Shown: positions 9,026-18,372 of the stretch, in pieces
Layout: each line of letters opens with the position of its first letter
Position numbering within the stretch: position 1 is the stretch's first letter
From: a virus
Lineage: Duplodnaviria; Caudoviricetes
Reading direction: 5' to 3' (one strand)
Virus record (IMG/VR): IMGVR_UViG_3300032233_001310
Coordinates: 1 to 39,109 of that record
DNA length: 39,109 bases
The notes under the pieces: model-generated
The model's input: the letters and a program-made list of their open reading frames with translations, nothing else
Database searches by the model: none
What the model was told of the DNA's origin: nothing
Made by a program: the position numbers and the translations under genes

Positions 9026-11584
9026 TCATAGTGCGTGGGCGATCTCCCACTTGATGCCCTGTGACCAGCTGTGCGGATCATCCGGCGGCCGCAGGTAGTG
9101 ATTAGTGATGTTCACAGTGCCACCGGACGCGCGCATCGCGCTCTGACTGCGTCCCAGTGGCGCGGCCTGACCAGCTCCGAATGCTCCCAGTCCAGCCGCG
9201 TAGGTCATGCCAGTGATGGCGCTGCCGCTGGCGATGAAGTTGCCGCCGTATGATCGGAACGCGGACTGGCGATCAGCGACAAACTGTGAGACGGCCGCGA
9301 GAGTGGTGCCGACAGCGTCGCCGCGCTGCTGGCCCAGCTCCACCAGATCCAGTCGCAGTGACTCCAGATCCAGTCCCAGCCCTGACCTGCGCTGCGTCCA
9401 GTCATCCAGCCGCGTCTGCCATGTCTGCCGATTCTCCGCGCGCTTCTTCCCCTTGCCGCGATTGCGACTGATCCCGCGCCGTGCCTCAGTGATGCCAGCG
9501 TCCAGCTCACGCGCGTACCGCTCCGTGAGATCCCGCGTGGCCTTCTTGTACGCGGCCAGCTTGCCGTACTCCGCCGCGTCAGTGCCACCGCCGGACAGGT
9601 CATACTCCCGCTCCAGCAACCCGTAGCGCGTGTCCCGGTAGTCCAGTGTCCGGCCCAGACTGGCGATCCTGCCACCGCGCGAAAACAGCCCCACGCGCTT
9701 GCCGGTCAGCGCCGTCAGCGCCTCCACCGCATAGCCGATGTTCGCCTGCCGTGGCCCCTCCTGACTGATGACCCACTCATCGCGGCCTCCCTCACCAGCG
9801 ATGTAGACCTGAGCGCCACCAGTGGACGGACCCACACGACCTCCCTGAGCCAGAGCTGGGAGCTGGACACTGACCGGACCCAGCTTGATCGTGTCACCGA
9901 ATGGAGTAGCGGCGTTGATCCACCGGCGGATACTGTCACCGATGTTGCTGATAAATCCACCGGCGGCGCTCAGGCCACTGCCGATGGCGTTGATGAATGA
10001 CCTGCCCAGTGACGCGCCAGCCGATGCGAAACGGCCAGCCAGTGCCAGCAGGCGACCGGGCGCACTAGTCACCGCATTGATGATGGACTGGACGCCACCG
10101 CTGACTATGCCGGTAGCTGTGCGCCATGCGCTGCTGAACACTCTGCCGATGGGACGGAACACCATGCCGATGAGTCGGCCGACCTGACCGACCAGTCTGC
10201 CCAGTGCGCCCAGCACTCCACCGACTGCGCCGCCGACGATGTCCACGACACCGTCCCATGCGCGGCCGAAGTCTCCTGTGAGCAGTCCAGTGATGACACG
10301 GATAGCGCCACGGACGACACGGACCATGCCAGTGAAGATTGGCTGGATGATGTGGAGCAGGCGCCCGAACGCGACGCCGATGCCGCGCAGCACGACGCCG
10401 ATGCCACGGCCGATGCTCTGGAGGTCACGAACGACGCGCCTGCCCTCACCGCCTGAGAATAGGCGCGAGAATGTCCTGCCGACATCCGCGCCGAAACGGG
10501 ACACGGAGCGCCACATGGAGGTCAGCATGGACTGGAAACCTCTGCCGATCGGTGAGCGCGCCAGCTGCTGAAAGCCCTTGACCAGATCGGCGGCGACGCC
10601 ACCGCCAGCTGTACGCCCGCCACGCTTGCCGCTGGCAGTGTCGATCAGGCCAGTGACGAAGTCGGCGGCGGCACTAGCGGCCGGTGCCAGCTTGCCGCCC
10701 AGCGTCTCAGCCATATTCTGAAACGACACCTTCGCGCGATCGACGGCGCCCGGCATCGTTTTGCCGTATGCCTCCGCACTGCCGCCGACCTGCGTGCGCA
10801 GCTCACCCAGAATGATCTTCTGCGCGTCCATCGTGCGGCCGCTCTCCACCAGTGTCTTGATCTGCTCTTTCTGCTGGCTGGTGAACTGGATGCCGACGCG
10901 CGACAGGGCACTGACTCCACGCACCGGATCATTCAGCGCCTTGCCGACCAGCACGGCACTGCCGGACAGATCTTTGCCCCACGCGCGCGACAGATCCGTG
11001 GTCAGGCTCATCGCCTGCGTGAAAACATCGTTACCGCGCCCAGCCTCATTGCGGACCTGCGTGAATGTCAGCAGCAGATTCCCAGCCGACTGGACTGCCT
11101 CATCGTCCACCGCTGCCTTCTGTGACAGCGCCTCCGCCAGACGGCTCATCTGACCGGCCGACACGCCAGCGACAGACCCAGTGGACTTCAGCACTGCCTC
11201 CGTCTGAGCGCCCACAGTCTGAGACTGCGCCTGCTCCTGATACATGGTGCGCAGCGCGATAGCCACCGCACCGATGCCAGCAGTGCCAGCCAGCAGACGC
11301 GCACTGCCAGCCATGCCCATCATCCCAGCCCCAGTGCGCTTCATCCCACCAGTCATCTGCGATGACTCGCGCATCATCGCGCGCTGATCCTCACGGACTC
11401 TGCCCTGAGCAGTCCGGTAGCGGTCCATGCCTTGCGTGGCACCATCAGTGTCCACACGGACGCGCTGAGTGATCGGCCTGCGCGAGTCGCTGCGCGCCTG
11501 CCTCACATCCGATTCATACCGACGCATGCCGCTGGCGTCATACAGCACCTCCAGCTTGGCGATCACGCTGCCTACATCAGCCAC
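9026..11584 (-). CDS. Tape measure protein
   Basis: 852 aa, Ala/Gly-rich helical repeats, GKALNDP..G.SAL motif, spaced Trp/Phe repeats; follows tail chaperones. Confidence 0.92.
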   Translation of the reverse strand: MADVGSVIAKLEVLYDASGMRRYESDVRQARSDSRRPITQRVRVDTDGATQGMDRYRTAQGRVREDQRAMMRESSQMTGGMKRTGAGMMGMAGSARLLAGTAGIGAVAIALRTMYQEQAQSQTVGAQTEAVLKSTGSVAGVSAGQMSRLAEALSQKAAVDDEAVQSAGNLLLTFTQVRNEAGRGNDVFTQAMSLTTDLSRAWGKDLSGSAVLVGKALNDPVRGVSALSRVGIQFTSQQKEQIKTLVESGRTMDAQKIILGELRTQVGGSAEAYGKTMPGAVDRAKVSFQNMAETLGGKLAPAASAAADFVTGLIDTASGKRGGRTAGGGVAADLVKGFQQLARSPIGRGFQSMLTSMWRSVSRFGADVGRTFSRLFSGGEGRRVVRDLQSIGRGIGVVLRGIGVAFGRLLHIIQPIFTGMVRVVRGAIRVITGLLTGDFGRAWDGVVDIVGGAVGGVLGALGRLVGQVGRLIGMVFRPIGRVFSSAWRTATGIVSGGVQSIINAVTSAPGRLLALAGRFASAGASLGRSFINAIGSGLSAAGGFISNIGDSIRRWINAATPFGDTIKLGPVSVQLPALAQGGRVGPSTGGAQVYIAGEGGRDEWVISQEGPRQANIGYAVEALTALTGKRVGLFSRGGRIASLGRTLDYRDTRYGLLEREYDLSGGGTDAAEYGKLAAYKKATRDLTERYARELDAGITEARRGISRNRGKGKKRAENRQTWQTRLDDWTQRRSGLGLDLESLRLDLVELGQQRGDAVGTTLAAVSQFVADRQSAFRSYGGNFIASGSAITGMTYAAGLGAFGAGQAAPLGRSQSAMRASGGTVNITNHYLRPPDDPHSWSQGIKWEIAHAL

Positions 11585-11934
11585 TATGCCCTCCCCTCAC
11601 GGACACGCCGCGCCAGCGCCTGAGCGCGCTGCCATGCGTCATTTCCCTGCGTCCGCTCTGGATCATCGCGGTAGTCATCCGACGCACTGACCTCCAGACC
11701 CAGACCGCGCAGGTGCGCGATCCTGTAGTCCCGCTCAGCGCGCTGGTCATCGGAGATCAGCCGCCCAAGTTCACGGAGCCGGACGAATGGGATGCGGTGG
11801 ATGATGTAGTCGCTGGTCCAGCCGTAGGCGTCGGCGTACTGGTGGACGATCGCGGCGATGTCGCGCTCACAGCTGGAGCCTCCACCGTCATGTCCTCCAC
11901 CGGCTCCCCAGCCAGCTGCTCCGCCGCTTTTCCC
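11584..11934 (-). CDS. Tail assembly chaperone -1 frameshift extension (gpGT C-terminus)
   Basis: Open -1 frame from GGGAAAA: ...YADAYGWTSDYIIHRIPF...REGRA*, stop overlapping the TMP start; not in the ORF track. Confidence 0.85.
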   Translation of the reverse strand, partial: GKSGGAAGWGAGGGHDGGGSSCERDIAAIVHQYADAYGWTSDYIIHRIPFVRLRELGRLISDDQRAERDYRIAHLRGLGLEVSASDDYRDDPERTQGNDAWQRAQALARRVREGRA

Positions 11935-12506
11935 AGCTCACCTGCCGGAGATCCGATCGTCTCCACGATGATCGTGACCAGAGCCACGGCCAGCTGGATC
12001 AGCTCATCGCCTCCGGCCGTATGGAGCAGGGAGCGGACGCGCTCATCAATGAGCTGGTCCACGGTCCCGGCAGTGTCAGCAGCCAGCACCTCATCATTCG
12101 GGATCATCAGCAGACCGATGGCGCGCAGCACTGGACGCTCCACTGTCGGCCACACGAACGGCAGGACGGCAGCGACCTGCTCAAAGACATCGGGATCAGA
12201 CGGCACCTCTATCTGACCACCGGCAGCGGTGAAATCGTCGTCAGTGAAGATCGGCGCGTACTGGATGACGCCATCATCTGTCACTCCGACCTCCCGCTGG
12301 AAACGCGGCAGGCGCGCCATGTCCGGCGTGATGATCAGTCGGTTCTGATCCCTGTATGTGGTGCGGTACTGCGCCAGCCGCTCCTGAGCTACCGGCATGG
12401 CCTCCGCCGCAGACGACAGCAGGCCAGTGACATGAACGACCTTGTACGCAGTGACTGGTGGGACCGCCACCGGCTGCCCGGCGACGGTCACGACACGGTC
12501 AGCCAT
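11757..12506 (-). CDS. Tail assembly chaperone (gpG)
   Basis: Between major tail and TMP; contains LGK slippery codons. Confidence 0.8.
   Translation of the reverse strand: MADRVVTVAGQPVAVPPVTAYKVVHVTGLLSSAAEAMPVAQERLAQYRTTYRDQNRLIITPDMARLPRFQREVGVTDDGVIQYAPIFTDDDFTAAGGQIEVPSDPDVFEQVAAVLPFVWPTVERPVLRAIGLLMIPNDEVLAADTAGTVDQLIDERVRSLLHTAGGDELIQLAVALVTIIVETIGSPAGELGKAAEQLAGEPVEDMTVEAPAVSATSPRSSTSTPTPTAGPATTSSTASHSSGSVNLGG
11928..11934 (-). other. Programmed -1 ribosomal frameshift site G-GGA-AAA
   Basis: Canonical XXXYYYZ heptamer in the correct phase (CTG GGA AAA). Confidence 0.85.
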
Positions 12507-12507
12507 G

Positions 12508-13554
12508 TCAGCTGGTGTACGCGGCGTTGTCGCCCGCGCCAGTCTCCACCGTGATGGTGATGGCCTCTGAGCCGCTGACCTTGCGCATCTGTCCGTTCAG
12601 TGCCAGCTCTATCGGCCCACCGTCAGGATTCGGAGCGATAGCCAGATCCGGCGTCCATTTCACGCCGGGCAGAGCTACCTTCACGGACTCGCGCGCATCG
12701 CCCGTGCCGCGCGCCCACTCCACCTCAAATGATCCGATCACTGGCTTCGTCGTGATCGGCTTGTCGCCAGCTGTCGGTGAGGACTTGCCGTAGATGATGT
12801 TGTTGTACCGGGCGCGTGACGCATCATCCAGCACGATCGTCGGCCCCTCCATCGTGATGGAGGCGTTGCCGGGCACCAGATCGTAGTAGCGCGTGCCGTC
12901 TCCCTGTACCGGCTGGCTGCCGTCATCGATCGTGATGCTGACCTGAGTGGTGCCAGTGAACGCGGTAGCGACACCGTCCAGCTTGATGGTGCCGGTACAG
13001 TCAGTCCAGAGCAGCGGAGTGATGGAGGACAGCGACGGCGTCGGATCAGTGCTGAACACCTCACCGGGATCAAGGCTGGTGAGCGTGGGAGTGACGCGGA
13101 GGACGCGCTGCTGCGTGCCTCCCTCCAGCTTCAGCGCCGTGATCTTCGTGTCGTTGAATTTCTGCCGGACGACCTCCGACTGACCTACGCGCTTCCACCA
13201 TGTGGACCAGTAGCCCGTGTTGGCGCCCGGCGTGAACACATAGCGCGGCGCGCTGGTGCCAGTGACCTTGGCGGTGAATGTCGCTCCGCCGAAAAACAGC
13301 CAGCAGAGGTAGGCTACGCTGTTGGGCTGAGCCTGAATGCCGGGAGTGCCCTGCCCGGAGACGGAGCTGATGTAGTCAGTGGCCTGTCCGAATCGGTCCA
13401 GATCGCTGTAGTTTTCGCTCCCGTCCTCACGATTCAGGTCCAGATCCCCAGCGACATGGATCAGCCGCTTAGTGGCAGTCGTGGCCGCCGTGCCCTTGCC
13501 TGATGTCTGGCGCGCTACCCAGAGCGCGTAGATGTTGGATTCAGTGATGGCCAT
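12508..13554 (-). CDS. Major tail (tube) protein
   Basis: 348 aa Thr/Gly-rich beta protein before the chaperone; AGGGAG RBS. Confidence 0.8.
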   Translation of the reverse strand: MAITESNIYALWVARQTSGKGTAATTATKRLIHVAGDLDLNREDGSENYSDLDRFGQATDYISSVSGQGTPGIQAQPNSVAYLCWLFFGGATFTAKVTGTSAPRYVFTPGANTGYWSTWWKRVGQSEVVRQKFNDTKITALKLEGGTQQRVLRVTPTLTSLDPGEVFSTDPTPSLSSITPLLWTDCTGTIKLDGVATAFTGTTQVSITIDDGSQPVQGDGTRYYDLVPGNASITMEGPTIVLDDASRARYNNIIYGKSSPTAGDKPITTKPVIGSFEVEWARGTGDARESVKVALPGVKWTPDLAIAPNPDGGPIELALNGQMRKVSGSEAITITVETGAGDNAAYTS

Positions 13555-13559
13555 GCTGG

Positions 13560-13802
13560 TCAGGCTCCCTTGCTGGATGTGGACTTGCTCCGGCCTCTGG
13601 GCGCTGATGCCTCAGTGACCTCTGTGACACCATGATGCGCGCGGAGCGCGACGATCAGGCGTTCGTCATCAGTGACGATCGTGCCGCCACCGTCTGCTGC
13701 TGCTGCTGCGATGTCATACTGCGTGCCATCGCCCAGTGCGGTATCGGCGGCGTCTACGCCGTCGATGAGTGCGAAGGTGGCTGTGCCCTGATCTGATGCC
13801 AT
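13560..13802 (-). CDS. Small virion-associated hypothetical protein
   Basis: AGGGGAG RBS before ATG 13802; precedes major tail. Confidence 0.65.
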   Translation of the reverse strand: MASDQGTATFALIDGVDAADTALGDGTQYDIAAAAADGGGTIVTDDERLIVALRAHHGVTEVTEASAPRGRSKSTSSKGA

Positions 13803-13907
13803 GTGATGCTCCCCTGAGCTGTCGTCTGGTGATGTATGCCAGCCAGTCCATCCCATGATGGTGTGCCAGCGTCAGTCCAGAGTACGCGCGATGGCGGACA
13901 GACAGCC

Positions 13908-13938
13908 GGGAGCGGACGCAGGCTGCGTGTCCGCTCCC
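13908..13938 (-). terminator. GC-rich stem-loop downstream of the moron gene
   Basis: GGGAGCGGAC...GTCCGCTCCC inverted repeat; no U-tract. Confidence 0.5.
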
Positions 13939-14020
13939 TGCGTCGTTTCTCAGTGCGGTGGTCTGGTCCCGATCGCCCACCACAGACGACCGGGACCGCT
14001 ACCTGACCACAGGCAGAGTG

Positions 14021-15337
14021 CTAGGCGCTGGCGCGCGAGACTGCGCGCGGGCGCTTGTAGAAACCAAATGATGAGTCACGGTCGCTGACAGTGACCTGCG
14101 CGGTGAGCGTGATGCGATCTCCGCGCGTCATGTCGCTGGCCGCCGCCGGGACGCTGCCCCAGACGGTGAAGCCGCGATCGTCACGCACGGTCATCACATG
14201 CCTGCTGCCGTATGCCGTCTCCTTCCACGACATGCTGACGATCTCACCAGTGATGGTGACGCTGTCGCCAGTGACGACATCCGGGCGCGGCTCATCGGCT
14301 GTCGTCAGGCTCTGCTCCACGGAGCGCATGTAGGCGACCTGACGGTCAGACAGGCTGCCGTACCGGACCAGTGAGTGCGTCAGATCGATCAGTGCGCGCA
14401 TCTGCCGCTCAGCCTGTGCGTCAGCTCCGCAGTTGCGGCTCCAGAAGTCGCCGTCATCGTGGTGCGTGTCCATCGCGCGCCTGCGCTCTGCCATGAGGTC
14501 CATGCCGTGCCTGTAGGCGCCGGTCAGGTCATGCTGCTCAGCGAACGCGGCTGCGGTGGCGTGGCGCTCTGACTGGCGGCGCGCCTCTGCCTCACGCTCA
14601 GCCACTGCCGTCTGGACGCGCCGGACGATGGTGGCGCCAGTCGTGTAGTCGCGCAGCCTGACAGCCGGGCGCGTCTGCTGGCCTGTGGCGGCGCATGACC
14701 AGCAGTCGCCGCCGGGACCGTAGTACCGGCCGGTGCCATCGCACTTCCAACAGTCGCCAGTGATGTCGCCACTGGTGTCGGCCAGCTCGCGCAGCACGGC
14801 GCGTGCGGCATCGACAGCACGGACCATGCCCGGCGTGTGGCCGTCGCCGCTGTTGATCGCCGTGCGCAGTGTGCGCTCAGCGTCCCAGTATGCGGTGTCG
14901 GCGGCGTCGATGCGCTGGAGCAGAGCGCCACCGGAGCGCCCACGCCAGTCGGCGATGACTGCGCGCATGTGCTGATCCGTGGCGCGCCCGATCATGGTGG
15001 CGTCGATGTATGCGACCACCTCTGCGGTCAGTGGCCGTGCCGGGATGAGTGCGTCCCGCGCCAGCATGTCGATGCCGTCGCGCTCCATCTGCGCGGCCTG
15101 CGCTGAGCTGGCGTACACGGCCGGACGCTGGCTGCGGTAGTGCGCCTGCCAGTCCAGTGCGTATGGCCAGTCTGCCTGATCGCATCCTGCGTCGGCCGGA
15201 TGGTCACGGTGGATCATGGAGTCTATGACGGTCAGCTCAGCGCGGCAGTCGTCTCCGATCGGCTGATCCCAGTATCCGTCTCTGATGGTGGTGTTCACTG
15301 TGCTGCCCTCCTGTGTGGTCAGTGCTGCTGTGGTCAT
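14021..15337 (-). CDS. Moron protein with Zn-ribbon (CxxC...CxxC) and C-terminal OB-fold-like domain
   Basis: CWKCDGTG..CWSCAATG; C-terminal TITGEIVS...GDRITLTAQV...FGFYKRP; own promoter (copy 2); start at ATG 15337 or GTG 15298. Confidence 0.75.
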   Translation of the reverse strand: MTTAALTTQEGSTVNTTIRDGYWDQPIGDDCRAELTVIDSMIHRDHPADAGCDQADWPYALDWQAHYRSQRPAVYASSAQAAQMERDGIDMLARDALIPARPLTAEVVAYIDATMIGRATDQHMRAVIADWRGRSGGALLQRIDAADTAYWDAERTLRTAINSGDGHTPGMVRAVDAARAVLRELADTSGDITGDCWKCDGTGRYYGPGGDCWSCAATGQQTRPAVRLRDYTTGATIVRRVQTAVAEREAEARRQSERHATAAAFAEQHDLTGAYRHGMDLMAERRRAMDTHHDDGDFWSRNCGADAQAERQMRALIDLTHSLVRYGSLSDRQVAYMRSVEQSLTTADEPRPDVVTGDSVTITGEIVSMSWKETAYGSRHVMTVRDDRGFTVWGSVPAAASDMTRGDRITLTAQVTVSDRDSSFGFYKRPRAVSRASA

Positions 15338-15401
15338 GGACACAGCGTAGCACAGGTGCGTGCGAACGCACTACCGGGAGGGATGTGGCGCGCAGACGCT
15401 A
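15335..15401 (-). promoter_or_regulatory. Cassette-head promoter copy 2
   Basis: TAG of upstream gene; palindrome 15358-15373; TGTG-C-TACGCT (15344-15349); ATG 6 nt later. Confidence 0.8.
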
Positions 15402-15860
15402 CGCGCCGCCGGATGCGACACTGGTGCGGTACTGGACCGTGTAGCTACAGGTCCAGTCAAAGCACACCTCATCAGCGCCGACCTGCGACAGCGGCCGCGT
15501 CAGCTGAGTCTCCACCACCAGCAGTCCGCCCATGCTCCAGTCACGCCGGTCCACCAGCTGATACCTGATGGCATCATCCAGAGCCACTGCGCCCGGAGCA
15601 GTCGTGGACCGGATCACGATGTCCACGGTGTCAGTCCGCAGCCAGCTCGCATCGTGCGGAGCCTCCGGCACGCCGACGCCGACGAACAGCCCCACGGTGG
15701 GATCTCCCTGCTCCACGCCGGGACCATCGCCCGGAGCTGGCACGCCCTTGCGCGGCGACCTCCAGCACGGCGGCAGTGATCCAGCCACGCGCGGATCTCG
15801 CACCACGCCAGAGCTGACCAGATGAGTACGCATGCCCTCTATGACTGACACGGCTGGCAT
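15399..15860 (-). CDS. Tail terminator / neck protein
   Basis: Size and position after the gp10-like gene. Confidence 0.65.
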   Translation of the reverse strand: MPAVSVIEGMRTHLVSSGVVRDPRVAGSLPPCWRSPRKGVPAPGDGPGVEQGDPTVGLFVGVGVPEAPHDASWLRTDTVDIVIRSTTAPGAVALDDAIRYQLVDRRDWSMGGLLVVETQLTRPLSQVGADEVCFDWTCSYTVQYRTSVASGGA

Positions 15861-16273
15861 CAGGACGCGCTCCTGATCGCGCGCTCCACGGCGGCGGCCA
15901 GCTCACGCCGCAGGCGCGCATGCGCTGATGCGTCATTGATAGCCCGCTCTAGAAACTTTGCGCCAATGCGCCCGTCAGTGATCGCGCCGCGCCCGTCTGA
16001 GCGACGGCCATACTGGAGCGGACGGCCACTGAATCGGCTGATGCCCTCATGCTGATAGTGCGCGTATGGAGTGTTGAACGACACGGACGCGGACGCGCCG
16101 CGCGATCCAGTGTGAGTCTCCACGCGGGCACTGCGTCGCATCATGCCGGTCAGACGCGGCGCGTTCTTCACTGCCTCACGCTTGATGTGTAGCGCCTCCC
16201 GCTCCACGACCTGAGTGACGGCCGCGCTGATAGCTGCCTCTAGCCGTGCGCCGCTGACAGGATCTCTGGACAT
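15860..16273 (-). CDS. HK97 gp10-like neck protein
   Basis: AP..TG.MRRS, FNTPYAHYQHE, AKFLERA motifs. Confidence 0.8.
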   Translation of the reverse strand: MSRDPVSGARLEAAISAAVTQVVEREALHIKREAVKNAPRLTGMMRRSARVETHTGSRGASASVSFNTPYAHYQHEGISRFSGRPLQYGRRSDGRGAITDGRIGAKFLERAINDASAHARLRRELAAAVERAIRSAS

Positions 16274-16282
16274 GCTCTGAGT

Positions 16283-17125
16283 CTACGCTGCGACGGTGTC
16301 GGCGCTGTCCGGCAGCTGGACGGCAGCGGCCTCCAGTGAGCAGACACAGTTGGGATGGAACGGCGGCATCACATCCAGCGTGTCATAGAGGTCGGTGGCG
16401 CCCGTCAGTGAGTAGATGCGACCTTCATACGGCGCGCACACTGGGCATGGGTCAGCGACGACGATCTCCACCAGATCCATGCCAGCCTCCAGCAGCTGAT
16501 TCACAGCACCGCGCGTCTGAGCCTCTGCCGTCGATGTCCTCACGACCATGCTGGTGTACCTGTCCAGCTGCCATGCGCGGCCACCAGCGTCCACCATCGC
16601 TATGACACTGCCATCAGCGGCGACGCTGGTGACGCCAGCGCCCATGAGCGACTGCCCCAGTGCCTGCGCTGCTGGCCTGAGCGCACTACCCTCCAGTATC
16701 GCCTGCGATGCGGCCTCCAGTCCCAGCTGCCTGTAGATGTCATCGACGCGCCTGCCGACCATCTCTGCCGCGCCATTCAGACCCGCCACGACATTGTCAG
16801 CCAGCAGTCCGATGGCGGTGCGATGGATGCCGGTGCCGAACTCTGCGGAGGCGACGCCTAGCTGGTCACTGACTCGCACTGCGCCGACCTGATACGCACG
16901 GACCATGAGATCAGCTGCGCGTGGCACTGCGAGATCCTGTAGCGCACTGAGATCGGAGCGGATGATCGCCAGTCGCCTCTCACGGTACTGGCGCGATGCC
17001 ATCCGCCGTCCGCTCTCCAGATCAGCACGGATCTCCCTGTCCAGCTTCTCCTGCGCCCGTTCGTACAGCCTGATGACCTGATCGCGCCTGCGGTACAGGT
17101 CCACGATCTGCGGCGGTGTCGCCAT
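16283..17125 (-). CDS. MuF / minor capsid head morphogenesis protein
   Basis: GRAW.LDRY..MVVRT, CPVC..YEG, PPFHPNCVC motifs. Confidence 0.85.
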   Translation of the reverse strand: MATPPQIVDLYRRRDQVIRLYERAQEKLDREIRADLESGRRMASRQYRERRLAIIRSDLSALQDLAVPRAADLMVRAYQVGAVRVSDQLGVASAEFGTGIHRTAIGLLADNVVAGLNGAAEMVGRRVDDIYRQLGLEAASQAILEGSALRPAAQALGQSLMGAGVTSVAADGSVIAMVDAGGRAWQLDRYTSMVVRTSTAEAQTRGAVNQLLEAGMDLVEIVVADPCPVCAPYEGRIYSLTGATDLYDTLDVMPPFHPNCVCSLEAAAVQLPDSADTVAA

Positions 17126-17784
17126 CAGTCAGACAGGTCCAGAGTGACGCGGAGAGTGCCAGACAGTCCCGGCGGTGGCGTGCGATGCTCCACGACACGG
17201 ACGCGCCCAGCGATCAGCTCACCAGCGCAGTCCAGTGTGATGGTGTCTCCGTCACTGACATCGACGCCAGCGGGCAGGATCACGCTGCGCTCCACTGCGG
17301 CAGTGCTGGTCTGTCCTCCGTACTCTATGCGGCGCCTGTCAGTCAGGTACGCATCGACATGCCCTGACCAGCGCGGCGCAGCAGTGGCCGTGCGGTCCCA
17401 GTCGTCAGTGGTGCCCTCCGTGCTGACCTCACGCAGCACGGCGTTGGCGTGCGGCAGGCGCTCCAGCTGCGACACCTGCGGAGCGGACGGATCAGGCACC
17501 GTCACTGGCGCCGCTCCAGCCACCGTCAGTTCCTCCACGCTGGTGTCGTCAGGCGATGGCGTGCCGTCATCCCACACGATGGCGTACTGGCCGGGCGCGG
17601 CAGGGCTGGTCAGCGCGATCGTATAGACGCCAGTGCCAGTACCGACCTCCACTAGCCCAGTGGTCTTGCGTGCCCTGATGACCGTGTCCGTCAGGTCATA
17701 GATCGTGACGCCCAGCTGCCCGCTCAGGCCAGTCGGCGCTCCCTCTAGCGTGGCGACGAACTCTGTGCTGGGAGTGACGATCAT
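17125..17784 (-). CDS. Head-closure-like protein with N-terminal Ig-like domain
   Basis: GTGVY...GQYAIVW N-terminus; C-terminal DV..GD.I stopper-like segment. Confidence 0.55.
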   Translation of the reverse strand: MIVTPSTEFVATLEGAPTGLSGQLGVTIYDLTDTVIRARKTTGLVEVGTGTGVYTIALTSPAAPGQYAIVWDDGTPSPDDTSVEELTVAGAAPVTVPDPSAPQVSQLERLPHANAVLREVSTEGTTDDWDRTATAAPRWSGHVDAYLTDRRRIEYGGQTSTAAVERSVILPAGVDVSDGDTITLDCAGELIAGRVRVVEHRTPPPGLSGTLRVTLDLSD

Positions 17785-17787
17785 GGC

Positions 17788-18372
17788 TCAGACAGTCAGT
17801 GCTATCGCGGCGATCGTAGAGTCCACCGTTGCTCCAGCCAGCGATGACGGCGTCCCGGTGCCGCTCAGGAACACGCCGTCCGCAGTCGCCAGCGTGGAGC
17901 CATAGAAACTGGGCACGCACAGTCCCGCGTAGCTGCCACTGATGAACGCGGCGTTCGCAAACAGCCCTACCCAGTAGGTGATGCCACCGACCAGAGTGAG
18001 CGCCGCCACGCTGCCGCCGCCACTGTTCGCGCTGAGCGTGCCGGTGAGCGCACTGTTAGCTGATGCTGTGGTCGCTGTCACCGTGCCAGCCAGCGGAGTG
18101 GTCGTGCCGTCCGCCGCTGACTTAGTCAGCTGCGTCGTGCCGTTACTGGCCCACACGCACAGTCGCGCCGTGCCAGTAGATGTAGGCGCGTACTCGCAGA
18201 ACACGCGGTAGCCAGTGACAGTGATCGTCCGCTCCGGTGTGAAACGGACAGCAGTGGTGCCGCTGGCGGCAGTGCCTCTAGCGCCCAGCGAAGTCGCCCA
18301 GCGCAGCGACGCGTTCGGACCATCCACTAGGATGCCAGCGCGGTCGTCAGTGTCAGGAAATCCGTAGGTCAT
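17788..18372 (-). CDS. Virion structural beta protein
   Basis: Thr/Ala/Gly-rich with L..G.TYWVG motif; coupled to the fibre gene. Confidence 0.6.
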   Translation of the reverse strand: MTYGFPDTDDRAGILVDGPNASLRWATSLGARGTAASGTTAVRFTPERTITVTGYRVFCEYAPTSTGTARLCVWASNGTTQLTKSAADGTTTPLAGTVTATTASANSALTGTLSANSGGGSVAALTLVGGITYWVGLFANAAFISGSYAGLCVPSFYGSTLATADGVFLSGTGTPSSLAGATVDSTIAAIALTV

